This document shows, piece after piece, positions 23,930 through 37,211 of a DNA stretch of 64,000 nucleotides. The notes under the pieces were generated by a model that saw nothing but the letters and a program-made list of their open reading frames with translations, was not told the origin of the DNA and did no database searches. Position numbers and translations under genes: made by a program. Every line of letters begins with the position of its first letter. The stretch's first letter is position 1. The stretch comes from Eledone cirrhosa (taxonomy: Eukaryota): the NCBI GenBank assembly GCA_964016885.1, contig OZ024743.1, positions 316,262,001 through 316,326,000 on the forward strand, given 5' to 3'.

Positions 23930-24440
23930 ACATATGTGTATATGTGTGTGAGTACATGTTTGTGTGCGAGTGTGTGTGTGCTTGCGTTTGGTGTATATAT
24001 ATAGGTGTGGGTGCGTGCGCGTGTGTGTGTAGGTTTGTGTGTTTGTGTATGTGTGTGTGTATGCGTGTGTGACTCTGTGTGTGTGTGTGTGTGTGAGTAT
24101 GCGTGCGTGTGCGCGTGTATGCATGTGTACATGTGTGCTTGTGTGTTTGTGTTTGCGTGTTTGTGCATGTTTGTGAGTGTGTATGGGCGTCTGTGAGCGT
24201 GTATATATGTTTGTAGGTGTATGTGTGCGCGTGTGCGTGTGTGTGTGTGCGTGTGTGTTTGTGTTTGCATCTGTTTGCATGTGTGTGAGTGTGTATGGGC
24301 GTTTGTGAGTGTGTGTATATATGTTTGTGGGTGTATATGTGTGCATGTGTGTGTGCGCGTATGTTTGTGCATATATTTGTGGGTGTGTATGAGCGTCTGT
24401 GAGTGTGTATACGTGTTTGTGTGTGCATGTGTGTGAGTGT
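23930..24440. repeat. Degenerate (GT)n simple repeat
   Basis: Direct reading. Confidence 0.9.
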
Positions 24441-24669
24441 TCTACATAAACCATAGTCGAAGTTGCACGAGGGAAGTCCTCAACACTTTGACCAATCCAC
24501 AGCAAGAATGACCACTACAGCTACTAAAACAACAAATACTACTACAACGACAACAACAGTAACAACATTACTATAACCAATACAACTCTCACCTAGCTTC
24601 AACATTTGGAACTGTAAGAAGTAAAACTACAGTGTGACAAACTAGATAAGGAACAACCTCCTCTCTATA

Positions 24670-25112
24670 TGTGGTGGTGGTGGTGGTGGTGGTGGTGATG
24701 GTGGTGATGGTGGTAGTGGTGTGGTGGTGCTGGTGGTAGTAGTGGTGGTGGTGGTGGTGGTGGTGGTGGTAGTGGTGGTGGTGGTGGTGGTGGTGGTGGT
24801 GGTGGTGGTGGTGGTGGTGGTGGTAGGTGGTGGTGGTGGTGGTGGTGGTGGTGGTGGTGGTGGCGGTGGTGGCGGTGGTGGTGGTGGTGGTGGTGGTAGT
24901 GGTAGTGGTAGTGGTGGTGGTGGTGGTGGTGGTGGTGGTGGTGGTGGTGGTGTGGTGGTGCTGGTGGTAGTGGTGGTGGTGGTGGTGGTGGTGGTAGTGG
25001 TGTGGTGGTGCTGGTGGTAGTGGTGGTGGTGGTGGTGGTGGTAGTGGTGTGGTGGTGCTGGTGGTAGTGGTGGTGGTGGTGGTGGTGGTGGTGGTGAAGG
25101 TTGCGGTTGTGG
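24670..25112. repeat. (GGT)n microsatellite
   Basis: Direct reading. Confidence 0.95.
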
Positions 25113-25124
25113 TATACAAATGTG

Positions 25125-25380
25125 TGAATGCACGTTACTTAGTGGTTAAGGTATTCGACTCACGGTCGTCAGGTCCTTAGTTCGATTCCTGGCTGTGCGT
25201 TGTGACCTTAATCAAGACACTTTATTTCACGTTGCTCCAGTCCATTCCGCTGGTAAAAAGGAGTTGTACTTGTAGTTACAAAGACCAACCGTGTCACATT
25301 CTGTATCTTGCTGAACCTCCTTGAAAACTACGTTATGGGTTTCCATGTCTGTGGAATGTTGTGCCACTTGCATGTTAAAT
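25125..25380 (+). mobile_element. SINE with family-A head/core and alternative tail
   Basis: CTTAGTGGTTAAGG...GTTCGATTCC head, TTTCACGTTGCTCCAG core, tail GCTGAACCTCCTTGAAAACTACGTTA...GCCACTTGCATGTTA. Confidence 0.75.
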
Positions 25381-25596
25381 ACACACACACACACACACAC
25401 ACACATTTATATATATATATGAAAAAAGTCAGGACCCCGACGGCTGAGCTCCGGCCGTTTCGACAACTAGATCGAAACCGCCAGAGCTCAGCCGTTGACT
25501 CCTGACTTTTTTCATATTAACAACTCTACTACCCTAAGTAACGAGTACTCTGGTGCGTTTTGGTCCATTTGGTATCTTACCACACCTTCTTTGTTT

Positions 25597-25671
<75 letters not shown>

Positions 25672-25672
<1 letters not shown>

Positions 25673-25860
25673 GGGGGCTAGAATGGCTCTTCCAACGCGT
25701 CACCCTCGCCATCCTCCGAGGAAACGCCTTCTCTATTCTGTCCACCGGGGCTGCGGTGCGGCCATCGCGTGGACCCCCATTTGCTCACAATAGTGAGAGA
25801 TGGGGAGAGCAGAGAAACGGAGGCATTGACAGTGGGAGTTTGGTTCTCTTGTGCCCGGAC
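25672..25860 (+). mobile_element. 3' fragment of CRE-like RLE non-LTR retrotransposon
   Basis: LEWLFQRVTLAILRGNAFSILS motif; second copy near 62500-62830. Confidence 0.6.
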
Positions 25861-26059
25861 CTGGTGTATATATGTGTATATAAGAGAGAATGAGTCTAAA
25901 AGCTGTTTCTTTTACCTGTGTATATTAAAGCGACAATTGTAAATTTGTACAAAAAAGAACAGTTTAATGGATTGTAACATTACGTTATTGTTGGTTCACT
26001 AACAGTAACGTAATGTTACTAACACAAATAAACTTAATGATCATACTTTGACATCTCGT

Positions 26060-27175
<1,116 letters not shown>

Positions 27176-27339
27176 TCCACCAGCCACGGTCAGTGTCATG
27201 CTATGATGTCCACTACAAGGTAACACCGTGGACAATGAACTCATCAAATTCTCCATACCTCACGTCTTGTCACCAACACACTGTTCACTGACTTACACCG
27301 TCCTTATTGTACTTACACACACACACACACACACATACA

Positions 27340-27385
<46 letters not shown>

Positions 27386-27854
27386 TAAAGTTAGTCCTTC
27401 ATCAGATATATATATATATATATATATACATATGTATACATATATATATAGAGAGAGAGAGGTGGGGGAGAACGAGAGCGAGAATGGAAGAGAGAGAGAA
27501 TGAGAGTGAGAAAGAAAGAGAGAGAGAACGAGAAAGAGAGAGAGAACGAGAGAGAGAGAACGAGAGAGAGAGAGAGAGAGATGATGGCTGGCTTCTTGTT
27601 ATCGTGTATGGCTATCAAACGACATCCTAAAGTGTTTTGTATACATACTCGCATATACTTTTATATACATCTATACATATATATATACGTAAATTCGTAT
27701 ATACATACCACTCATTTATACGTGAGAGAGTCTGTTTTGGGCATCTGTCGGTACAATAAACGGAACAGCCTGCTCTAGAAATTAAAGTGCAAGCTGCTCA
27801 TGCCATAGACACGTGTATCCTTAACATAGTTCTCAGAAATACATACATACATAC

Positions 27855-28420
27855 ATGGTGGCTGCCGACTCGTTTTCGAGTACGGCCACTACTTTATATC
27901 CATGTAGGAGAACCCCTACCGATGCGCTGAACGAGTGTGACTTTTTAGTCAGCCAGCGACTTGAAAACTCTGGTACAAACACTACACTTGTGACAATTAT
28001 TGACACATAGTGCTGGGCCCATGGTACCATGTGATGACAAGTGCAGAGAGATCTCCAGATATTAAGCAATGCCTGTGCCGTGAAGCTTTTATAGTGAGTA
28101 AAGGCACTGCACAAAGCCAGTCCCACTCTCTTAACCAAGATGATATTTACCAAAAAGAAGAACAAGTCAACATCATTGGATACCATCAGGGTTGCAGGTG
28201 TTATATCAGAGTTTTCCTTCTCCTAGAATTCTGCCTTGACAAAGGCTAAGGGGTCATCTCTCCCGGTGATTTTGTATGGCCATTGACTCTTAAGAGCTCC
28301 TTTGCCCTACGACAGGTTTTGTTTTTAGTCCTGCAGGATGTCCAAAGTCACCCTCCTCACCAAGAAACCTCGGTGGGGTTGCCAGTTTAGTCGCCAACGA
28401 CCCGACCATGAGACAGGTTG
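27855..28420 (-). mobile_element. Internally deleted RTE-like LINE derivative
   Basis: RTE-like 5' segment (CTAGGAGAAGGAAAAC), degenerate C2H2 finger (CSVCTRVFKS...), (ATGT)n at both ends; related copy at 31183-31500. Confidence 0.5.
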
Positions 28421-28520
28421 TACATACATACATACATACATACATACATACATACATACATACATACATACATACATACATACATACATACATACATACA
28501 TACATACATACATACATACA
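28421..28520. repeat. (TACA)n microsatellite
   Basis: Direct reading. Confidence 0.95.
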
Positions 28521-30985
28521 TGTTGAGAGCTATTGGAGATCTGTATGGGAAACGGATGACGGATTCAACAGACAAGCTAATTGGCTAAAAGAACTAGAAC
28601 AGGACTACTGCCAACGTGTCCAGATAAAACAATATGACATAGATGGGTCAATACTGGAAACAGCTCTACAGAAAATGTCGAATAGGAAATCGCCAGGCCC
28701 AGACCTCATAACAGGATACTGGTTGAAGAATTTCACTTTCTATCGGCAAGATCTCATATGGCTGTTTACAGAAACCATTAAAGGCACACAAGAACTGCCC
28801 AGATGGTTATCAACTGCCACTACTCTCCTCATTCCCAAAAATAGCCAAACCACCCTTGCTAAAAATTACCGCCCAATAACCTGCCAAAACATCATGTATA
28901 AATTATATACTGAGTGCCTTAACCTGTTCTTACAGGATCACTGTGCTACCAACAACATCATAACACCTGAGCAAGCTGGTGGAAAGAGGGAGGTGTGGGG
29001 TTGCATAGATCACCTACTAACTAACAAAATGATTCAGGAAAAAACAACAAAGAATCGCAGAAACATGACTGTGGTGTGGCTGGACTATCAAAAAGCATTT
29101 GATAGTGTACCTCATGGGTGGATTATTAAGGCTTTACAGTTAGCTAAAGTCCCACAACCATTGGTAGCTGCTGCTGAACGCCTGACCAAGAACTGGTACA
29201 CCAATTTGATCCTTAGAGGTGAGAAGGAGCAAGTTAAGACTGATAAGATACATTACTAGAAGGGCATCTTTCAGAGTGATAGCTTGTCAGTGCTACTCTT
29301 CGTTCTCTCACTGAATCCACTATCTTACCTACTCAGGAAACAAGGTGGACAAAGAAGTGAGCCCAGAAGTATCTCCCATCTTTTCTTTGTTGATGACCTG
29401 AAGTTGTATGGGCCAAATATCAATGACATCAAGAAACAATTGAACCTCATTACACAATTTTCAACCGACATCAAAATGAAATTTGGTGAGTCCAAGTGTG
29501 CATATTTGGCAGTAAAACGTGGAAGAGCTGTGCCCTCCTCTAGAAATCTAGAGATGAGCGGCCTGACAATACAACCTCTGCAGTCAGGTGACAACTACAG
29601 ATATCTTGGACAGGATGAGAATGTCAGATATGATGGACCCATAAATAAGGAGAGAACCAGAACTGAATACCTCAGAAGATTAAAGAAAATATGGTCATCA
29701 GAACTGTCAGCATACAACAAATACATTGCCCACAATACTTATGCTGTGCCAATTCTAACGCCAACATTTGGCCTGCTGAACTGGTCATTGCAAGAACTAA
29801 GTGAGATGGATGTTAGAACTCGAAAACTTCTCAGTGTTACTGGGAATTTTAACATCAATGGTGATGTGGATAGGCTATACTTCTCACGCAAGGAAGGTGG
29901 CCGGGATCTAAAATCAATATTAACAACATATGAGACCCGGATAGTAACACTGAAGCAACACCTTCAACAGAGGAAAAAGGTTGGCAACCATCTTGCCCAG
30001 GTTTATGAGCATGAAAAAAAATATATCATCAGTATAGTGACTGATCTGGAGGAGAGATATGGAATAAAACCTGATATAAATCTCTCACCCAGAGAAATCG
30101 GAAGATCCTATTCAATGTTCAAACAAGATTAAAAAATTGACCAATTTACAGAAAAAGTTGTGCATGGATACTTGAGGTGTAAAACACAGACCATAGAGGG
30201 GATAAACCACTCAAAAAGCCTGGCATGGAGTTCCGACAAGTTTATGACATCACACCTTGAGGGATATCTCTATGCAATACAGAAACAAGAACTCCTACCA
30301 AATATCTGCTGCACAAAAGAGGAGGGCCAGCAGCTGACAATAAATGTAGGCTATGTAAAACAAAGATTGAGGATGTAAACCACATTGTTGCCAGCTGCGA
30401 AAGAATGTCATCTCCCTACTACCTCCCCATGAGACACGATGGGATAGCTAGAACCACCTGGAACGCACTTCGGAAAACAAAATTAACAACAAACGAGGAG
30501 GAATATATTGAGACAGATGGCACTAAGGAATACTGGTGGAACCTGAAAATAAAAACTGCCACCAAATTAAAGCACAACCGGCCTGATATTGTTGTTTGGG
30601 ACCACACATTTTGTGGAGATCAGCTGCCCACTTGATGTAAACGTTGTCAGAAAAATACAGGAGAAGGAGGACATCTACGGACCATTGATGAGGAGTTTAC
30701 AAATCCAGTATCCAAGATACACCTTTAGCTTCATACCCATAATTATTGGAGCTACGGGTTATATACCAACCCGCTTGGACCAAAGTATGACTGAACTTGG
30801 ATTTGCGGACAAAAAGCGCAGCTCCCTAATTCATAGTCTACAAATGGCTGCGATAGCTGGCACCTTCAAAATTTGCAAAACATTCTTGCGATTCAAGGGA
30901 TGACAATTTCTTTTCTTTTACAACCTTGCCACCAGGAAGGTGGCCGGTCAAAAAAAATATACTCGAAATTAAGAGAAAGAGATAT
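28521..30985 (+). mobile_element. 5'-truncated, disabled R4/Dong-clade non-LTR retrotransposon (RT + CCHC + restriction-like endonuclease)
   Basis: KSPGPD, NYRPITCQNIMYKLY, WLDYQKAFDSVPH, GIFQSDSLS, HLFFVDDLKLY; CRLC...HIVASC knuckle; HNRPDIV...VEISCP RLE motif. In-frame stops at ~29257 and ~30130, frameshifts near 30295 and 30605. Confidence 0.9.
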
Positions 30986-31182
30986 ATACATACATACATA
31001 CATACATACATACATACATACATACATACATACATACATACATACATACATACATACATACATTCATACATACATACATACATACATACATACATACATA
31101 CATACATACATACATACATACATACATACATACATACATACATACATACATACATACATACATACATACATACATACATACA
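30986..31182. repeat. (TACA)n microsatellite
   Basis: Direct reading. Confidence 0.95.
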
Positions 31183-31500
31183 TGATGGCTGCAAACTCTG
31201 CTACGAGTACTGCAATCGCTTGTCAGATTTTAAAGTTTGGTGCACTTTTAGGCTACCGCCAGCCCCACAAACCTGTAACATATCCTGAACAAGCAATGCC
31301 TGTGCTTTGAAGCTTTTTTAAGTGGGGAAAGGCCTTGCTCTCGACCAATCCCACTCTCTGAGCATCGAAAACACTACCCGAAAAGGAGAACCGGTCAATC
31401 ATCGGATGCTTCCGAAGCTGCAGGTTTTTTTGTTTCTCTCTCTTAGAAAGGGGTTGTGACAACAACTGGGGACCTTTCACTCGCATGTGAAATAAAAAGT
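31183..31500 (-). mobile_element. 3' end of RTE-like LINE family
   Basis: Shares AGAGAGTGGGA...AAAAGCTTCA..GCACAGGCATTGCTT and the GTACTCG...GCAGCCA(C/T)CA end with 27855-28140. Confidence 0.5.
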
Positions 31501-31799
31501 ACATACATACATATATACCTGGGGCCTGGGAACAACAACAACATTAATATGAGTAGTAGAATCGGTAGGGAGGCGCACTTGAAATCCTGCTGCGAGATCT
31601 ACCTCTTACCCTTCCATAGTCGATAAAATAAAATAACCAGCCTTATATCCGTGTATTGGTGGGGTTAGTGTTGAATGAAAAGCCTTGCGATATTTGTTTC
31701 GGTTCTCAATGTTGCCTTTCATCTCTTCGGGGTCGATAAAATAAAGTATGAGTCTAGGGCGGCGAATTTGTGGAATTGTTAGAGCATCCGACAAAATGT

Positions 31800-32240
31800 C
31801 CTGGACTGGAATGCATTTCATAAGCTGGATAAAATTTGGAAATCCAATATACCAGACAAACTTAAAATCAGTCTGTTTAGGAAAACAGTAGAGTCTATCC
31901 TTGACTGTGGTTCTGAGACTTGGACTTTACACTCCCCATCTACAGAGCCGTTTAGAAGGATGTTACACTACCCTTCTGAGAAAGGTTCAAAATATTTCTT
32001 GGCAGACACATCCCACACTTAATCAGATATACAGAACCATTCCAAAAGTAAGTGTACGACAGATTGAACGTCGTGCAAGTGTTGCTGATCACTGCTTCCG
32101 TGTAAAAGATGAGATGGTTTTTAAACCTCTTGTAGGAGATCTCCTCTACCAGAGAGCTCAGATACCAGGATATCATAGCAAGAGACATTGGAATTGACAA
32201 GGATGACATACAAACCTTGATGGGAAACAGAGACTGCGGG
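31800..32240 (+). mobile_element. RTE-type LINE RT C-terminal fragment (decayed)
   Basis: AFHKLDKIWKSNIPDKLKISLFRKTVESIL..GSETWTL; LEGCYTTLLRKVQNISWQ. Confidence 0.8.
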
Positions 32241-32574
32241 AAGTTGTGCTTTCTCTCTCACCTAACAGTGATAGATAAGAAAATATATTTGTTCAGGTTC
32301 TTTGCATTCTCAGTTCAAATCACCTTCGTCATGCCCTATTTGTATAATAGACTAATCCGTCACCCGATTTAACACCATCACCTGGTCCCTAGGGTCCCTT
32401 GGGTCCCTAGGATACTTTTAGCAGAGTCTGTTTTAGCAAGCATTCCGAGCAGGTCTTCGGTTTGAATATACCTTAATATCTCCTTCCCTCCCCTTCCCTC
32501 ACTCCCCCTTTCCCTCTCTCCCTCGTCTTCCCTACCTTCCTCCCCTTCCCTACCTCCCTCCCCTTCCTTCGTTC

Positions 32575-35283
32575 GGTTCCGACTCTCTGTCCTCTGTGCC
32601 GACTCTCTGTCAACTTTTCCGACTCTCTGTACTCTGTTCCGACTCTATGTACTTTGTTCAGACTCTCTGTACTCTGCTCCGACTCTCTATACTCTGCTCC
32701 GACTCTCTGTACTCTGTTCAGACTCTCTGTACTCTGTTCAGACTCTCTGTACTCTGCTCCAACTCTCTGTACTCTGTTCAGACTCTCTGTACTCTGTTCA
32801 GACTCTCTGTAATCTGTTCCGATTCTCTGTACTCTGTTCCGACTCTCTGTCAACTGTTCCGACTCTCTGTACTCTGTTCCGACTCTCTGTACTTTGTTCA
32901 GACTCTCTGTACTCTGCTCCGACTCTCTGTACTCTGATCCAACTTTCTGTACTCTGTTCAGACTCTCTGTACTCTGTTCAGACTCTCTGTACTCTGTTCC
33001 GATTATATGTACTCTGTTCCGACTCTCTGTCAACTGTTCCGACTCTCTGTACTCTGTTCCAGCTCTCTGCACTCTGTTCCGACTCTCTGTCCTCTGTTCC
33101 GACTCTCTGTACTCTGTTCCAACTGTCTGTACTCTGTTTCAGCTCTCTGTACTCTACTCCGACTCTCTGTCAACTGTTCCGACTCTCTGTACTCTGTTCC
33201 GACTCTCTGTACTCTGTTCCGACTCTCCGTCCTATGTCCCGACTCTCTGTACTCTGTTACGATTCTCTGTACACTGTTCCAGCTCTCTGTACTCTGTTCC
33301 AACTCTCTGTACTCTGTTTCAACTCTCTGTACTCTGCTCCGACTCTCTGTACTCTGTTCCAACTCCCTGTACTCTGCTCCGACTCTCTGTACTCTGTTTC
33401 AACTCTCTGTACTCTGTTCCAACTCTCTGTACTCTGCTCCGACTCTCTGTACTCTGTTTCAACTCTCTGTACTCTGCTCAGACTCTCTGTACTCTGATTC
33501 AACTCTCTGTACTCTGCTCCGGCTCTCTGTACTCTGTTCCAACTCTCTGTACTCTGTTCCAACTCTCTGTACTCTGCTCCGACTCTCTGTACTCTGTTCC
33601 AACTCCCTGTACTCTGCTCCGACTCTCTGTACTCTGTTTCAACTCTCTGTACTCTGTTCCAACTCTCTGTACTCTGCTCCGACTCTCTGTACTCTGTTTC
33701 AACTCTCTGTACTCTGCTCAGACTCTCTGTACTCTGATTCAACTCTCTGTACTCTGCTCCGACTCTCTGTACCCTGTTCCAACTCTCTGTACTCTGTTCC
33801 AACTCTCTGTACTCTGCTCCGACTCTCTGTACTCTGTTCCAACTCTCTGTACTCTGCTCCGACTCTCTGTACTCTGTTTCAACTCTCTGTACTCTTCTCC
33901 GACTCTCTGTACTCTGTTCCAACTCTCTGTACTCTGTTTCAACTCTCTGTACTCTGCTCCGACTCTCTGTCTTATGTTCCGACTCTCTATACTCTGTTCC
34001 GACTCTCTATCCTCTGTTCCAACTCTCTGTACTCTGTTACAGCTCTCTGTACTCTGTTCCAACTGTCTGTCCTCTGTTCCAACTCTCTGTACTCTGTTCC
34101 AGCTCTCTGTACTCTGCTACGACTCTATGTCCTCTGTTCCAACTCTCTGTACTCTGTTCCGACTCTCTGTCCTCTGTTCCGACTCTCTGCACTCTGATCC
34201 AACTCTCTGTGCTCTGTTCCAGCTCTCTGTACTCTGTTCCAACTCTCTGTCCTCTGTTCCAACTCTCTGTACTCTGTTCCGACTCTCTGTTCTCTGTTCC
34301 AGCTCTCTGTACTCTGTTCTGACTCTTTGTACTTTGTTCAGACTCTCTGTCCTCTTTTCAGACTCTCTATGTACTCGGTTCCGATTCTCTGTACTCTGTT
34401 TCAGCTCTCTGTACTCTGTTCCGACTCTCTGTCCTATGTTCAGACTCTCTGTCCTATGTCCCGACTCTCTGTACTATGTTCCGACTCTCTGTACTCTGTT
34501 CCTACTCTTTGTACTCTGTTCCGACTCTCTGTCCTATGTTCAGACTCTCTGTACTCTGCTCCGATTCTCTGTACTCTGTTTCAGCTCTCTGTACTCTGTT
34601 CCGACTCTCTGTCCTATGTTCAGACTCTCTGCCCTATATCCCGACTCCCTGTACTCTGTTCCGATTCTCTGTACTCTGTTCCAGCTCTCTGTACTCTGTT
34701 CCAACTCTGTGTACTCTGTTCAGACTCTCTGTCCTCTGTTCAGACTCTCTGTCCTATGTTCCGACTCTCTGTACTCTGTTTCAGCTCTCTGTACTCTGCT
34801 CCGATTCTCTGTTAACTGTTCCGACTCTTTGTACTCTGTTCCGACTCTCTGTACTTTGTTCCGACTCTCTGTACTCTGTTCCAACTCTCTGTACTCTGTT
34901 CCGACTCTCTGACCTCTGTTCCGACTCTCTGTCCTCGGTTCCGACTCTCTGTCCTCTGTTCCGACTCTCTCTCCTCTGTTCCAACTCTCTGTACTCTGTT
35001 CCGACTCCCTGTACTCTGTTCCGGCTCTCTGCACTCTGTTCCAACTCTCTGTACTTTGTTCCGACTCTCTGTCCTCTGTTCAGACTCTCTGTACTCCATT
35101 CCGACTCCTTGTACTCTGTTCCGGCTCTCTGCACTCTGTTCCGACTGTTTGTACTTTGTTCCGATTCTCTGTACTCTGTTCAGACTCTCTGTACTCTGTC
35201 CTGTTCCGACTCTTTGTACTCTGTTCCGACTCTCTGTACTCTATTCCGACTCTCTGTACTCTGCTCCGACACTCTGTACTCTG
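32575..35283. repeat. 20-bp satellite (GACTCTCTGTACTCTGTTCC)n, roughly 135 units
   Basis: Strict 20-bp period visible in register across lines. Confidence 0.97.
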
Positions 35284-35669
35284 AATGTAAATACGGCTTA
35301 AGTCACCTTTTCTTTTCATCTTACCCGGGTTGATAAATAAAGTACCAGTCCAGAGCAATGTAGATTGGCGGACTTGTTACAGCTGGACATGATACCTTGT
35401 GGTATTTGATCCGGCTCTCTGCATGCTGAATTTAAATTCCTTCTAATATCACTGACTTCTTCGTTGTGGAAAACAGAATATAATCGTTTATCCTGCGTCT
35501 GGGCCGGAGTTTGAGCTGAAAACGTAGGGAACCTGAACAGATCCGGCAAAGAATCTTTTCCACCCCTTTAACAATTCCGCCAGTCCACCCACCCGAAAAG
35601 ATGAAAGGCACACGCATTTGACCTCGGCAAGATTTGAACTCAGAACGCAGAGAACGGGAACAAGTAGTA

Positions 35670-36071
35670 GGTGGGTTGGCAGTATCGGTAGAGGGTCGGA
35701 CACCATGCTTTCCAGCATAGTTACGTCCCTTTACAGACTGAGTTCAAATCCCGTCGAGGTTAACTTTGTCTTTCATCCTTACGGGGTCGATAAAATAAAG
35801 TAGCAGTAATGTACTGGGTAACTGCTGGCCTTGTGCCAAAAGTAGAAACAATTATTTAATCAACCGGTGAATTGGCAGTATCGATAGAGCATGCTTTGCA
35901 GCATAGAGTTACGGACCTTTCCCTTCTGTGTTCAAATCCCTCTGGGGTTAGCTTTACCTTTCATCCTTACGGAGTTAATAAGATAAAGTAGCAATCACGC
36001 ACGGGGGTTGATTTAATCGACTTTCCCTTCCCCCAAAATTGTTGGCCTTGTGCCTATAGTAGAAATCATTG
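35670..36071 (+). mobile_element. Two tandem SINE family B copies (~35670-35856, ~35863-36071)
   Basis: Both have TGGCAGTATCG head, GTTCAAATCC, TTTCATCCTTACGG core. Confidence 0.8.
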
Positions 36072-36142
36072 TTTAATCTGCCGCTTTAACAGCTCTGACA
36101 CCAACTGGCCTAAAGTGCCGAGTTTGCGGTATTTATTTATAG

Positions 36143-36361
36143 AAAACACTTAACACTTCCCAATCCAGTTGTGTCATCACTGAGTGACAGACAATTCATA
36201 TATTCACGACTGCTTCTTAAAGATGACATCGACAACAGTCTTGGCTTGATCTCAAGACATTTTTCAACGATAACAGCGGCTACTTTACATTGTACGTCAG
36301 GATCAAGTGTTGGTGTTGGCAATCAGAAAATACTGGAACATATAGACATAACATTTTATAG
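36143..36361 (+). CDS. Candidate orphan internal exon, product unknown
   Basis: TTTATAG| ... AG|GTAACA, 219 nt, symmetric phase, open frame KHLTLPNP...HIDITFYR; no recognised domain. Confidence 0.3.
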
Positions 36362-36466
36362 GTAACATTCATATACATATACACATATACATATATACAT
36401 ATACATACACACACATAGATATATACTTAATTGTATACATATATATATATACATATTTATTATTAT

Positions 36467-36497
<31 letters not shown>

Positions 36498-36633
36498 ACT
36501 TCAGAAGTCAGGTATGTTAAAATTTCGCTTCCACTGTATTTTTTGAAAACCTTTAAACATGGATTACCACACGCACACCCAAACACACACACACGCGCAC
36601 ACACACGCGCGCACACACACACACACATATATA

Positions 36634-36689
<56 letters not shown>

Positions 36690-37178
36690 GTACATATATA
36701 TATAGCTTGAAACTAATAAGACTTTTTGCATCTCTGTTTTGTCTATTCTTGAACTATATGTATGTATAGCTACTGTCGCTCAGAGAATGGGATTGGCTCA
36801 GTGCACAGTCTTCACTCACTTTTTTAAAAATATTCACGCACAGGCATTACAAGATAGCATTAATTGATAAGTATTAATAATGTTATATCGTGCAATGGCC
36901 ATACTCGATAACGAGGGGGCAGCCATTATGTATGTATGTTTGTATGAATGTGTATATATATGTATATATATGTATATATATGTATATATATGTATATATC
37001 CGTGAGTGTAAGTGTTATGTTTTTAACATTTTATTGATTTCAGTCTTTGAACATTGGCAATGCTGGGGCACCGTCTTCGATTATATAGGCCCATGTACTT
37101 ATTTTATTGATCTCACCAATTATTAGGAGTTATTTTAATTTATTCTTGTTGTTCATTTTAATTTATTCTTGTTATTCT

Positions 37179-37211
<33 letters not shown>

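Noticed and set aside
22226-24612. Possible minus-strand mini-exons (around 22230-22345, 22830-22960, 23860-23920, 24590-24610) and a plus-strand one near 27184-27219
   Set aside because: Splice-like signals are present, but I could not assemble a consistent frame or recognise a protein; RNA-seq is needed.
28408-30903. Host RT gene or active retrotransposon
   Set aside because: 5'-truncated with in-frame stops and frameshifts; the ORF start is a TACA-repeat artefact.
32473-35358. 672-aa and overlapping long ORFs as genuine genes
   Set aside because: Open on both strands and in several frames because the 20-bp unit lacks stop codons.
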